A stretch of 64,000 nucleotides of DNA from Sphyrna mokarran (lineage: Eukaryota), in contig JAGIQG010000008.1 of NCBI GenBank assembly GCA_024679065.1, positions 79,918,001 through 79,982,000 of the forward strand. The letters run 5' to 3'. Both the position numbers and the translations under genes were made by a program. Below, piece by piece: positions 38,585 through 51,200 of the stretch. The stretch's first letter is position 1, and each line of letters begins with the position of its first letter. The notes beneath the pieces are model-generated. The model was not told the origin of the DNA. It worked only from the letters and a program-made list of their open reading frames with translations, and did no database searches.

Positions 38585-38908
38585 TTTTTTTTAAATGTCC
38601 AATTCAATCCAATCAAAGTCCAATTCAAAGTCTCAGCAAGCGAGATATTCCCAATCCAAGCTGACAGGACAGGCCTCCCACTTGATCTGTCCTGGGCTTG
38701 ATCTACATGATCCTGGGCTTGATCTACATGATCCAAGCTGATTGCACCTTCTCCAAGGCTTGATCTCATTTGCATCTTAGCCAAGAGGCCTAGATGCTAC
38801 TTTAAAAAATTACTTCAAATAAAGCCTCAATATAACCTCATAACTTCAACAAAGTGCAGTATGTTGACACTACTATACCTGATCTTAGCCAAAAGACCGA
38901 GAAACAAT
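38585..38908 (-). mobile_element. U2-snRNA-headed short retroelement with A-tail
   Basis: 38908-38871 matches U2 nt 1-38 at 33/38. Internal second U2-like piece (16/17), four AGATCAAG repeats, an ATGCAAAT octamer and a terminal A8 run. Confidence 0.75.
38871..38908 (-). pseudogene. U2 snRNA 5' fragment (nt 1-38)
   Basis: ATTGTTTCTCGGTCTTTTGGCTAAGATCAGGTATAGTA versus U2 ATCGCTTCTCGGCCTTTTGGCTAAGATCAAGTGTAGTA; all five mismatches are transitions. Confidence 0.92.
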
Positions 38909-39309
38909 ATTGCTTTACACCAACAGCCAATCTGTTTCAGTGCCATGTTGGATGCAATTCCTGTAGTCAGCAATTCCCTTCATTAAGGTGTAACCGATTC
39001 TATTCACCACTTACTGTTTGCTCTACTCCATATTTAAATCACAATAAGAAAGTTTATTTTTGATCTTAAGATCCCTCCTATTTAGAGACAGAAACAAAAT
39101 AATTATGTATAAAACAATGGTTTGGCCTCAACCAGGACACTGCATCTAGTTCTGGGCACCACACTTTAGGAAAGATATGAATGCATTACAAAAGCTGAAG
39201 AAAAGATTCACAGGAGTACTTACAGAGATGAAGAGCTTCAGTTAAAATTTTGAAGAACAGAACGATGAAAGGATAATTGACACAGATATTCCAAAGTCAT
39301 GAGAGATCC

Positions 39310-40990
39310 TGATACTTCACGTGGTCTCACAGGTGCCAAGTATAACTGAGGCATAACCTCCATACTCTTGTATTAAACTCCTCGTGCAATAAATGAAACA
39401 TTTCTTAGCTTTGTTAATTACTTGCTGTATCTATATACTAGTCTTTTGCAATTCATGCTTTAGAATACTCAGATCCCTCTGCATCTCAGAGCTCTGCAAT
39501 CTCTCACTATTTAGATAATATTCTTCCTTATTCATCCTGACAAAATGAATAACCTCACATTTTCTTATACTATATTTCATTTGCCAAATCTTTGTCTTCT
39601 CACACAGCCTTTCTATATCCATTTTTAGCCTCCTTATGTCCTCTCCACAATTTAATTTCCTATCTATCTTTGTGTCATTAGCAAGTTTAACAATTAGACG
39701 ATCAGTCCCTTCATCCAAATCATTTATATAAATTGTAAAAAGTTGAGGCCCAACACTGATCCCTTTGGCACACCACTTATCATATCCTCCAACCTGATAC
39801 GACCCACTTATGCCCACTCTCTGTTTCTTGTTAGCTAGCCAATTTTCAATCCTTGCCAATGTTACCCCTACATCATGACTTTTATTTTCTACAATAACCT
39901 TTGCTGAGGCATCTTATCAACTACCTTCTAAGTATATGCACCAGATCCCTGTCATCCAAAGCACATATTACTTTTACAAAAATCTTCAATAAATTGGTGT
40001 AACATGATTTCCCTATGACAAAACCACACTGATGCTATCTGATTACCTTGAATTTATCCAAGTGCCTGCTATAACATCTTTAATAATAGCTTCTAATATT
40101 TTCACTCTGACAGAGTTAAGTTAACTGGCCTATAGTTTCCTGTTTTCTATCTCCCTCCCATTTTGAATAAATTTGTTCTTTTCCAATCAATTGGAACCCT
40201 CCCCAAATCTACTGATTCTTGGAAAATTAGAGCCATTGCATCAACATTTTCACCAGCCACTTCTTTAAGGCCCTAGGATTAAATCAACCAGGACCCAGAG
40301 ACTTGACAACTCACATTTCCAACAATTTGCTAACTACCGCTTACCTAGTGATTGTCATTTTCTTCATGTTACTACCTTCCTTCCAATTTCTGACTTACAG
40401 TTGCTTTTGAGGTATTGTTTGTATGCTCTAGTGAGGATACAATGCAAAATACTTATACTCAATTCATCCGTCATCTTCTTAGCTTCCATCAGTAATCCCC
40501 AGATCCACTTATTTTAGGACCAACAGTCATTCTGTTAACTCTTTCCTTTTTCAAATACTTACAAAACTCTTTTACTATCTATGTTTATATTTATAGCCAT
40601 CTTTCTCTAGTACTCACATTTTTTCTCCCTTGTTAATCTTTTTGTCATTATTTGCTTTTTTAATATTCTGTCTAATCTTTTAACCTGCTACCTATCTTTG
40701 TGGAATTATATGCTTTTCTTTAAGTTTGATACTATCTTTAAAATTTTTAGTTAACCATGAATAAGGGATCCTTCCCTTGGAATTTTTCTTTCTTGCTGGA
40801 ATGCATCTGTTTAATGTATTGTGAAATATTCCCTCAACTGTTGTTACTGCAACTCTATTGCCCAATCCCTTAACCTAAATTACCAGTTTGTCAGCACCAC
40901 TTCCATGCCTCATAATTGCCCTTATTTAAGTTTATTTAAAATATTAGTCTTAAATGAACTTTTTTCTCCCAATACCAAAATATTATACAT
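39310..40990 (-). mobile_element. CR1 LINE ORF2 RT fragment
   Basis: ORF track 39431-39859: IENWLANKKQRVGI, GPQLFTIYINDLDEG, KLANDTKI, WQMKYSIRKCEVIHF. A small opposite-strand CR1 piece lies at ~39070-39310. Confidence 0.9.
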
Positions 40991-43900
40991 GTTGTCATTT
41001 ATCTTCAAAGATTCCTGTCAAGAATTATCAATTGCTCACATTCAAATTACTCCCTTCCCTCACACTCTCTGTGCTGATGAACAGCTAGCACCAGACTCCA
41101 TATGGACTGGAAGCACATTACCTTTATCAAAGACTTTATAATAGGACTGCCCTTGGAAGTTCAAGATAGGTCCAACAAGTGACTACAAGTGTTAGCTGCC
41201 ATGTTCATTTCCCATCAGGTTCGTACATGGATGTAGAAATTGGAGCTCTAACATTCATAGAGGAATACAAAGAAGTCTTTCCAGCAGTAGATCTTCTTGT
41301 CAGATACATTACCATCAGCAACATAGCTGGAGTATCTGAATATTTATTTTCTCTGCCTGATGCAAAGGAGTTAGTGCCCTCATGCTGATAAAGCCTCAGC
41401 AAGTTTATGCATCCTGACCTCAATCACTTGATACAGCATGATGATTAAACTTTCCTGCTTCATGTCACTCCATCCAAACAGGAGTTCTGTGTGTTCCACT
41501 GCCAAGAAAGTGCACTGCATTAATTTTCTCTAGATAACAACAAACCCGAGGATTAAATTTCAGATTTATGGTGCTGAGTCACAATTTGCTTCAACTCTAA
41601 ATACCTACAATTTAAAAGGTTCTCCTGAGTGGAGAATGATAACCTGGGGAAAGTACTGGATAACAACTAGAATCACAGCCCAGCAAGAACCTCACAATGG
41701 TGGAGAAGATGGGAAAGGAGAGAAGATTAGTTAAAATAGATGGAGGGAGCAAAAAGCAAGTCTGCTTACTTCCGCATCTTAATTCAGTAACATCTAAATA
41801 TATGGTAGGTCAAACTATACTAAGAAATAAATAAGAGTACAACTTACCCCAGGCAGTTAGGCTAGATATCGTGTGACAATAACACTGAATCAGATCATGT
41901 GCCCTCAGGTACTTTAGCTCAATGCATTAAAGAAATTGCTGTAAAAGAATAAAAGGGTAAATCTTCTCACGGACAGGAATAAGTGAAGCTAATTCCAAAT
42001 CTGTCCATTCTAATGATTGCTGATGCAAGTTTGTAACAGAGTTGTTAATCTGTTTTAGAGAAATGCCAACCTCTAGCACATTATATCAACACTGATTGAG
42101 AACTCAAGATTAGTTGTAGAACTGAGATAGTCATGCTGTATGTTTGTCACTATTAGGCACTGCTTAAACTAGAGTTCTATGTAATGAAAAATAAACAAAT
42201 CACTGGATAATTTTGCTGTCTCTTTTCAGGTCAATTGACAGATTAACATATAAAGGTGTTAGTGAGATAATATGAAATTCCTTGGCCAGTTACTGAGTGA
42301 TTAATTAAAATAATCAATCTGGATTGGCTGGAGACCAACCTGGCCTTCAATCGAGGGGAGACAGTCAGTGAAGATTGCAGCGTCAGCTAAGTCAGTGCCG
42401 AAGAATGGGGAGGAAGGGAGGGATTTGATCAGGGACAGGAAAGAGGGATTCAAATGGAGGAGGGATTATGGATCAATTAAATGTAGGGCAGAGGGGTTTA
42501 TATGAGGAGAGTTGTTTGCAGGAGGGACTGCAAGAGGAGGAATGAGCAAGTTGGTGAGTGGAGATAGAGTGGGATACCTACCTTGGCTAGCTGTATATCG
42601 TCAGAGGCCTGGGAGGGAAGCAGATGGAATTGGGTATGAGGGGATTGTGTAGGGTGAGGACAGGTGAGAGGAGGCTGGAGTTCAGAGAATGTGATAAGTG
42701 GGGGAATAGGAGGTTTTATTGTGGGAGGGGATTGAAGGGTTCAGATACTTCATGATCAGATCCTTCTGGAAAGCTATTTGAAATCAGAGCTGTGGGGGTG
42801 GAAATCAGAGATCTCAGGGAGAAGTTTTCAGGGAAGAAAAGGGGATATGGTTGTGGTCTGGTAGTGGTGGGGGAAGGGTGGGAGGGTCCAATTATGGAGG
42901 CATGTACCTGCAATCAGGAGTTGGGTGTGAGGCATTCAACTCCTGAATCCACCAAGTCCCCTCTTCACTGAAGCAGCTTCCAGACATTCGGCAACTCCAG
43001 CCAACACCAGTTAAAGTCAAAAAGCTGAATATTATTGAGGGTCATAGCCTGCAGTATTATATTTAAAGTTCCAATCCAATTAAATCCAGAAATGGGCAAT
43101 CTAGAGGCTGTTTTGTGTCAAAAAACATATTTTTCAGGCTTCAATCCCCACCCATCCCAAAGCTGCCCTTCTTTTAAGGTAAAATTCCAATTCTTATTTC
43201 CCCCTTTTATTATTGCTTTGCAATTGAGAACTTAAAGGGAGCCATAATAAAACATCTTATTTTCTTTTGGGCAGAATTTTCAGTTTTTAAGACAACATGC
43301 AGTGGCAGGTAGGAAAGACCACGTGATTCTTACTGAATAGTGGGGCAGGTGAACATGCGTGATCTTCTACTGCTCAGCTCATTATTTATGCATTTATGCA
43401 AATGTAGTTGTGGGAGCAGGCAGGAAAATGGCCACCTGTAGTTACCTGAAGGATTTGGAGATGCTAGCACTTCATTTAACCAGCATCCAAATAGACATTC
43501 AGTCATTGTAGGCCAGGAGCTCTGCATTGTTTCTCCAGAGTCCTTGTGACTATAGTTCTTACTGCAGAAGCTGGAAGATAAATAACCACATCCCAGGACA
43601 TAAAAATGTACCTCTGGTATTGATTTTTGCTCATCCCTACACAAGAGCATCGCCAGCGATACACCCATGGTTAGGCCAACGCTTGCCATTGCAGTGCTCC
43701 ATGTTTGCCAACATTTGACCCTCTAGAGTCCTTGCTACATTTTGCTGCTTAGGCCCTTGCTCCTAATGATGAGCTCTCCTCATCTGAATGAGAGCCATTT
43801 CCAAGGCAGGATGGCTTACAGCCTGTTTCATTGACAGGTGAATGGGGTCAGAGAGCAATACTGCAAGGAAACAGGCCCTTTGACCTAACTGGGCTATGCT

Positions 43901-44319
43901 AATCATAGTGCCCTCCCAGTTAGTCCCAACTGTCCACGTTTGGCCCATTTCTCTCTATACAATTGTGAGTGAACAAATCATAGTTCACACATTAGCTCAG
44001 CACGTCCTTAACAGGGTTCCCTTCTCTCAAAGCTAGCAAACCAGTGCTAAGCCCTTCATCTGGCCTCCATCTAGACATGGCATCCACATCCTATCTGGAT
44101 TTCCTGCAGGATCAGAGTATTCCTCCCATTCATATATGAACACACAAGGGGACATTGTTCTTTGACCAAGGTGATGAGAGCAATGTGCAAGTGCAACCTG
44201 GACACTTTTCCACTTATCTCCACCACCCTCAAAACTGTAACAAACTTTCTATGGCAGTATAGAAAGACTAACTGCATGATCCTTATTAGCCATGATCACT
44301 TACCCGAGTTTCGAGTCAA

Positions 44320-44745
44320 GGAACCTCTAGAGTTTAGAGGAATGAGAGATGATCACATTGAATTTTTCCAGGGCTCAATAGGGTAAAACAGGAAGGATAT
44401 TTCCCCATGCTTGGGGAATGGGGGGGGATAGGGAGAGATGGGAGAGGGCATCAAGAACCACGGAACACCGTCTGAGGGTTAGAGGAAGGCCATTTTGAAC
44501 TGAGATGAGGAGGAATTTCTTCAGTCAGAGAATGGTGAATCTTTAGAATTATCCAGCCCAAAGGTTTAATCATTGAATATGTTCAAGATAGACATTGATA
44601 GATTTCTAAGTGGTAAAGATATCAAGAAATATGGGGATAGTGTGAGAAAATGGCAATAAGGTAGAAGATCAGTTTCATTTAATTGACTGGTGGAGCAGGT
44701 CCAAGGGGCCAAATGGCCAGCTCCTGCTCCTTTCCTATGTATCCC
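44320..44745 (+). mobile_element. CR1/HER1 LINE 3' end
   Basis: CTAGAGTTTAGAGGAATGAGAGATGATCACATTGAA, GAGATGAGGAGGAATTTCTTCAGTCAGAG and a typical tail. Confidence 0.82.
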
Positions 44746-45489
44746 ATCCTCACTGACACATTTAGTGTGCCACATTCAAAGAACAACACCTGTGCTCAGT
44801 GTGCCTACTCTTGTTTTTAATATGAATATATTCAGAAGCCAGCAAATAATTACTTTGTAGCTTTAGTAGGATCCTGTACTTCTCATTTCATTGCAAAGTC
44901 AACACAGCGCAGTTCGGATAGATCAATGCCCATTGATAAATATTTTGGGGGTTGAAGAGGAAGAAAGAATTAAAAAGTTCTTAAAAATTGTTGTCAATCA
45001 AGAGTTTAGTTACAATTTCCCTATTTGGAAGAGGATCACAGCTAAAGGCTTATTTCATCTAAATAATCTTTATTAGCTTTTGCAAGTATGGAAAAAATAT
45101 TTAATAGTGTCCATAACTATCTTTAATAATAATTAACAATTCTAGGAGGTCATATTAAACCTCAGCATTTTATTCAATTAGTCTTTGCTTTTATTGCTAT
45201 GGTATATTCATTACGCTAATATATATTACATATATCAGGTCAATCGATGTGACAAACATCCTTTGTACAAATCCAGGATGAATCTCAATCACTAAAGCTT
45301 AAACAAACAGTAGATATTGTGACTGCTGTCATAAATTAAAAGGTCAAAGCAATGTGTTTAGACAGACCGACTTATAGTTTCAAAGCTATATTGAAGCAAA
45401 CTGCTCCCAATTTGACTTCAAACTAGTATTCTCACTCAGAGACAAGACTACAGCTGGCAACAAAAATTGAAAACTTTAGTTGAGGGCTG

Positions 45490-45635
45490 AGCAAAATAAA
45501 TTTCATTCTGTATCTGACCTGTGCTGTCCCTGACCTGGAGATGTACGATGAAGCAGAGTAAAGAGTGGTTCATTCTGCATCTACCAGTACTACACCTGAT
45601 CTGGAATATTTTGAAAGCAGAGGTGAGGGAACAGT
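45490..45635 (+). repeat. About two diverged copies of a ~63 bp tandem unit (TTCATTCTGTATCTGACCTGTGCTGTCCCTGACCTGGAG...)
   Basis: Second unit TTCATTCTGCATCTACCAGTACTACACCTGATCTGGAA; resembles a common shark tandem repeat (from recall). Confidence 0.6.
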
Positions 45636-46419
45636 TTAGTAGTTTAACAGCTGCAGGTCAAATTGTGGTGGGTGGAAAGCCTGATAGAAACAATTCAGTA
45701 ATTGAGAACAAAGCACTGACTCCTAGCTGAGTCTCTTCCGGTTACCATCAGTATTTCTTCACAGTCTGACTCTACCTCACACAAACTCAAGTTCTACCTC
45801 AGCGCAATAAATAACTTCTGGAGGGACTGCATGCAGAAGATCACTTTTGTACATCAATTGCGGTTGTGTCCCATCAATGTTACAATATGAAGCACCTAGT
45901 TCAACATCTTCAGCCTCGAGTGTAAGGATCCCTCTAGGAATGCAAGCTATTATCAATAGCTACATGTGAAACTTCCCACTTAGCAGAAGGAAAATGCCCA
46001 TGGAACATATCTCGATCCAAGTTCGGCCTCTCGCTGGAACTGGCAGTGTCTCAAGCTAGGACTCAAGCTAGATGGTTTATCACAATGACCCCTGCCCCAT
46101 TCCCACAAACAACCAAACCACTTCCTAGCAGTAGAAGGCAGATCAAGACATTTGGTGGAAAGGAATGGGAGGGGCAGTAGCGGGATGGGTGTGTGAAAGA
46201 GTGTGGAGAACAAAAGAGAGGAGAGAATAAGTCAACATTATTGATAAACACTTAGATGAGGGTACTTACTATAATAAGCAATACCACTAAAAAGCAGGAG
46301 CCCCTCAAAATACAACCATAGGACAAGAACAAGTACATTTCCTCATTTCTTAAATCCACACAGTCCCAGTTTAAATCCAAATGGATCAATGTACTCTATC
46401 CACAATCATCATGTAATCA

Positions 46420-47610
46420 AAATGCACAATGAATGCATTCAGTCACAGCAACATATATTTACATCACTCCCTTAACCTAAAGAAAGAAAGCATGGTAGAG
46501 AGACAGAGAGGTTTAGGGATGGAATTCCAGAGCTTAGGGGTGGATCTTGGCAGTTGACGTCAGGGTGACAAATGGTGGAAATGGGGTGTGCTCAAACATC
46601 AGAATTAGAGGAGCGCAGATAGCTCAGATAGTTGATGGGCTGGAGGAGATTATAGAGTTTAGGAAGGAGAAGGCTTTGGATGGACTGAAAAACAAGGATG
46701 AAAACTTTAAAATCAAGCTGATACTGAATTAAGAGTTAATGTAGATCAGCAAGCACCGGAGCGAATGGGTGGACAGAACATCGCAGGGCACAGATAACAG
46801 AATTTTGAATGATCTTGGGTTTTTGGAAGTAAAATGTGCGTATCTAACAAAAAATGGGTTGGAAAAGTCAAGTCTAGAGTTAACAAAGAAATGGGTGAGG
46901 AAGACAGTAGTAGGTAAGTGGAGACAGACTAAGTTGGGCAATGTTATGGAGGAGAAAATAAGCAGGGTGATGGTGCGGCTATGCATTAAGCAGTTTATCT
47001 CAGGGTACAGTATGATACCAAGATTGGTATTGTTGCTAGACTAGTAATCCAGAGATCCGGGGCAATGCGCTGAGGATCTGAGTTCAAATCCCACCATGAC
47101 AGATGGTGGAATTTGAATTTAATTAAATAAAAATGGAATTAAAAGTCCAAATGACAACCATGAAACCATGTCAATTGTCATAAAAACCCATCTGGTTTAC
47201 CAATGTCTTTTAAGGAAGGTGATCTGCTGTCCTTACCTGGTCTTGCCTCAGATCCACAATAATGTGGCTGACTCTTTAATGTCCCCCCAAAATGGTCTTG
47301 TAAGACACACAGTTCAAGGACAATTAAGGATGGGCAATAAATGCTGGCCAAGCCAATGACTTCCACATCTTATAAAATAATTTTCAAAAACAGTCTGGTT
47401 CAGCCTTGTAAATTGCCATGGAGTGGAAAGAAGCTAATGGCTCAGCAATGGAGCTGATGACCAAGGGATGTAAATAATAGCCTCAATCTTTCCAATATTT
47501 AATTGGAGGAAATTTCTGTTCATTCAGCACCCGATGTCAGAAAAGGAAGGTGTCAAGAAAGGTGGTGGTGAGGTGGAGCTGAGTGTTATAAGCATGTGTG
47601 TGAAAATTGA
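46420..47610 (-). mobile_element. L2-clade LINE 3' remnant interrupted by a SINE
   Basis: LTHFFVNSRLDFSNPFF matches the L2 motif LIHAFVTSRLDYCNSLL. Confidence 0.75.
47022..47390 (+). mobile_element. tRNA-derived SINE, second family (core AAAAACCCATCTGGTTxACxAATGTCxTTTAxGGAAGG)
   Basis: B-box GAGTTCAAATCCC, conserved core, tail GGATGGGCAATAAATGCTGGCC. Resembles SlmI/MetaSINE-like SINEs from recall. Degenerate relatives at ~23490-23680 (-) and ~55620-55955 (+). Confidence 0.82.
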
Positions 47611-49056
47611 TTATAGGCTCCCCTTACAGACATACCCCAGTCAATAAAGTTGAAAATGTCAAGCCTAAATATATTTGTAAATCTATAAGCATTTATTGAG
47701 TCCACTGGCTCTTCTATGTGGGTGAGTGCATCATGTAGTATGGGCTTGAGTTATGCAGTACAGGAGGAACTCACCTTCAATCCATGGAGTGCACTGGATT
47801 CATTTCTTTCAATAAATAGATTCAGTGTCCCCAGCATTCCAAAGCGAAAGAATTAGTCAGGCTCCCATTTCAATTTTTATATGTGCATGCTTTTGGCTGG
47901 GGTTGTGGTAGGGGTGTGCAGTTAGTGAACCTCTATGAGGACAGAACAACAATAATTTGTGATATATGCCATATGTAAATATCATCTCAATACTTAAGTG
48001 TCTGGACTCACAAATGATTGGTGTCCTTTGGACAACAATACCAAACTCCAACTCAAAGTCTTCTGTTTACTATCCAAATATAGCAGCTTAAAGGCTTCTA
48101 ACGGGTGCTCATCCTACTGACTCTGGGGGAGAAAAATGGAATAAGCTTTGTGCAACATCCAGAACAATTCAGATCCTAAGATTTGCCATTAAGATTCAGG
48201 AAGTTATATGGATCTCCAACAGGTGGAGATCCCAGAAAGTGATGCAGTTTGTGTAATTCCTGCCTTATTTCCATACTATTTGCATGTTTAGGCATTTCGA
48301 ATGCCCCTTCTGCCTCCTGGAAAATCCCAAAGGCAACCCAAAGAATTAAGTGGTGGATATCCAGCATTTCAAACCTTTGCTCCATTGCCCTTTCGTTTGG
48401 AACTGGAAAATAAACGTACAGAGCGAAAAACAGGACAAAAAAAAGCTGTTTTATTTCCAGGAGATAATAAGATGTATAAATACAGAGCTGTCTGCTAATG
48501 GCTTTGTCATACTGATCAGTAAAGGAGCAGGCGATCTGAGCAGCACTTTGAAGTGTACAAATGAACAACTCCCTGCAGGCTTTGTGCTTTTAATAAGATG
48601 TGTAAGTACAGTCATGCTGAGTCACCCATGGCCCGACCCTCTCCCGAGCGCAGCTGAAAGCACTTCAAATGATTCCAGCTAAACAGGCTCCATTTTCTCC
48701 ATACACACCAATGCAGGATCCATCTCTTTGATATTCAAGGAGCTACATACAGTATCATACCCACAGCAGTCCTCATAGGCTGCTTCGCCATCCACCGACT
48801 TTCTAAATAAAAACACCTTTGCTTTCCTATGAAAATATAACAAGATAGATTAGCCTCCATGAACAGCCATCTTAACAACTCCTTTATCAGATGGGCTACA
48901 AGCACTTAACAATGATAAGAAATATTGGGGGGAGCAGTGGTGAGAGGGCAGCAAGCGAGTGAGCTATGCTTTCAGAACAGTTAAAATGGAAAGATGCTGG
49001 GGGACCAGAAACTGAATAAAGCTTGAAGAATTAGGGTGGATTTTTCTTGAATCACA

Positions 49057-49235
49057 GGGCAAGACTTTTCAGCTACCCCAATGGGATTTCTCAGCGGCAA
49101 AGATCGGTTCGCCATGGCTGCTGGCTGGATTTTCCAGTCTTGGCACTTTGTATGGCTTGTCCACCCCAGTGCAGCGAGGTCACTTTTGGTGAACCAGGAA
49201 ATGCAGCCCGTGGCAAGAGCTGGAAAATTCCGACC
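49057..49235. mobile_element. Possible Harbinger-type MITE
   Basis: Imperfect ~18 bp terminal inverted repeats (GGGCAAGACTTTTCAGCT / AGCTGGAAAATTCCGACC) flanked by ACA on both sides, a candidate 3 bp TSD. Confidence 0.5.
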
Positions 49236-49254
49236 ACATTATCAAACCTAGCCT

Positions 49255-49613
49255 TAGTAATTTTTTTATTCATTTGTGGAACATGGACATCGCTGGCTGG
49301 CCAGCAGTTATTGCCCATCCCTAGTTGTCCAGGGGCAGTTGAGAGTCAACCACATTGCTGTGGCTCTGGAGTCACATGTAGGCCAGACCAAGTAAGAATG
49401 GCAGATTTTCTTCCCTAAAGAACAATAGTGAACCAGATGGGGTTTCTGATAATGGTTCCATGGTCAGCAATAGATTCTTAATTCCAGATATATTTTACTG
49501 AATTCAAATTCCACCATTTGCCATGGTAGGATTCAAACCCTGGTCCCCAGAACATTAGCTAAGTTTCTGGATTAATAGTCTAGCGGTAATACCATTAGGC
49601 CATCACCTCCCCG
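49255..49613 (-). mobile_element. tRNA-derived SINE, same family as 47022
   Basis: Reverse complement: GGTGATGGCCTAATGG...GGTTTGAATCC...CCCATCTGGTTCACTATTGTTCTTTAGGGAAG...GGGATGGGCAATAACTGCTGGCC. Confidence 0.85.
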
Positions 49614-49799
49614 ATAAATTACTTATTCTCCCCATTTCCAGTTTTCGCCCTTCCTTCCCTGAAGACCTGACTTCTGTTGGAATAAAGTATCAAGATTTTT
49701 TCCAATTCCTCAAATAAATGGGTCACTCAAATGCATTAGCCAAGACTGTGACTTTCAGCAGCTTTTACATCTGAGCTTAATCCTGTCCTGCATGAATCT

Positions 49800-50385
49800 G
49801 TATCTGGGGTCACCACTGCAGATGTTAGAGCAGCTTTCCTGAAGGTCAACCCATGGAAAGCATCTGGCCTGAATGGGGTACCCGGATGAGCACTCGGATC
49901 CTGCTCGAGTGATCTGGGAATATTCGCAATATCTTCAACCTCTCTTTACAACAATCTGAGGTCCTATCTGCTTCAAGAAGATGACTATAATCCTGGTACC
50001 TAAGAAAAACCAAGCAGCGTACCTTAATAACTATTGGCCAGTGGCTCTGACATCCATCATTATGGAGTTCTTTGAAAGGCTAGTCATGGCATGAATCAAT
50101 TCCAGCCTCCCAGACTACCTGGATCCATTACAGTTTGCCTATTGCTCAACAGGTCCACAGCAGATACCATTTCCCTGCTCCTGCACTCAACCCTATAATA
50201 CCTAGATAACAAGGATGCCTATATCAGACTCATATTTATTGACTACAGCTCAGTCTTCAACACCATTATTCCCACAAAATTTATCTCCAAACTCTGTGGC
50301 CTTGGCCTTGGCACTTCCCTCTGTGACTAGATCCTGAACTTCCTATATCACAGATCACAATCAGTAAGGATAGGCAACAGCACCT
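49800..50385 (+). mobile_element. Rex1/Babar-type LINE RT fragment
   Basis: [62 protein letters not shown]. Confidence 0.9.
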
Positions 50386-50739
50386 TAAATCACATTTAAA
50401 TGTAATTTAAATATTATAATCAGTCTTGTGCTCAAAATGACCTCACCAGATAGCTGATGCTGTAAGATCACAAGGGGCACAAACCTGATTTCTCGGCTCT
50501 CGTGTAATCTTACCAGCTTGTCCCACCCATTGGCCGCAGGGCTCAATGGTCCTCCTTGTGTGAGATAGCATTGGAATACATTGATAAATATAAAATACTG
50601 CAGATGCTGGAATCTGAAACAAAAACAGAAAATGCTGGAAAATTTCAGGAGTCTGACAGCATCTGTGGAGAGAGAATAGAACCAACACTGCAAGTCGGTG
50701 TGACGCTTCATCAGAGCTCATAGGGAACACATTGAGTTC

Positions 50740-51200
50740 TTCACTGATGGGGACACTCGTGGCAGAGTGCTGTAGGCTGTGCCTCCATGGCAGTATTCCC
50801 TCAGATGCAGGGTGTGATTCACTGTATCCATGTAACCATCAAAGCCCCAGGGGAGCAATCAGCAGCCATTTATAAATTGTAAGAGAACTCACTCACTCAC
50901 ATCTGGGTTGCTAGCATTCCATGTGTACAAAGTTTCCTGACAGTCGTCATGATGTCTTCATGCTATGTCAATCAAGGTCATGTGAACATACAGACTCTGT
51001 GGATGGCTGCTGTGGGCAAAGATTATCAACTGAAAAAATAACTACTAATGCCTGACCAGCACACATTTTTAGAAGAGGAGGAGGATGATGTGATGATTCT
51101 GTTGTGCTCTGCCTTCCAAACGTCCAAGCGATGTCAGATCATTGACTAGGATGTCAGGGAAGCTCAGGCTGCTATAAACCAGGGACAATTCTGATGAAGG
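50740..51200 (+). mobile_element. PIF/Harbinger DDE transposase remnant
   Basis: AVFPQMQGVIHCIHVTIKAP...FINCKRTHSL and KFPDSRHDVFML match GFPxVxGxIDCTHVxIKAP...NRKGxHS and PGSxHD. Confidence 0.8.

Noticed and set aside
38595-38640. CAATCCAATC similarity between the U2-element tail and the satellite monomer
   Set aside because: Too short and low in complexity to imply common origin.
38871-38908. Functional U2 snRNA gene
   Set aside because: Only 38 nt, five substitutions including one in the branch-point recognition sequence, and no Sm site or 3' stem-loops.
48176-48682. Overlapping 110-130 aa ORFs
   Set aside because: No recognisable domain or convincing splice context.
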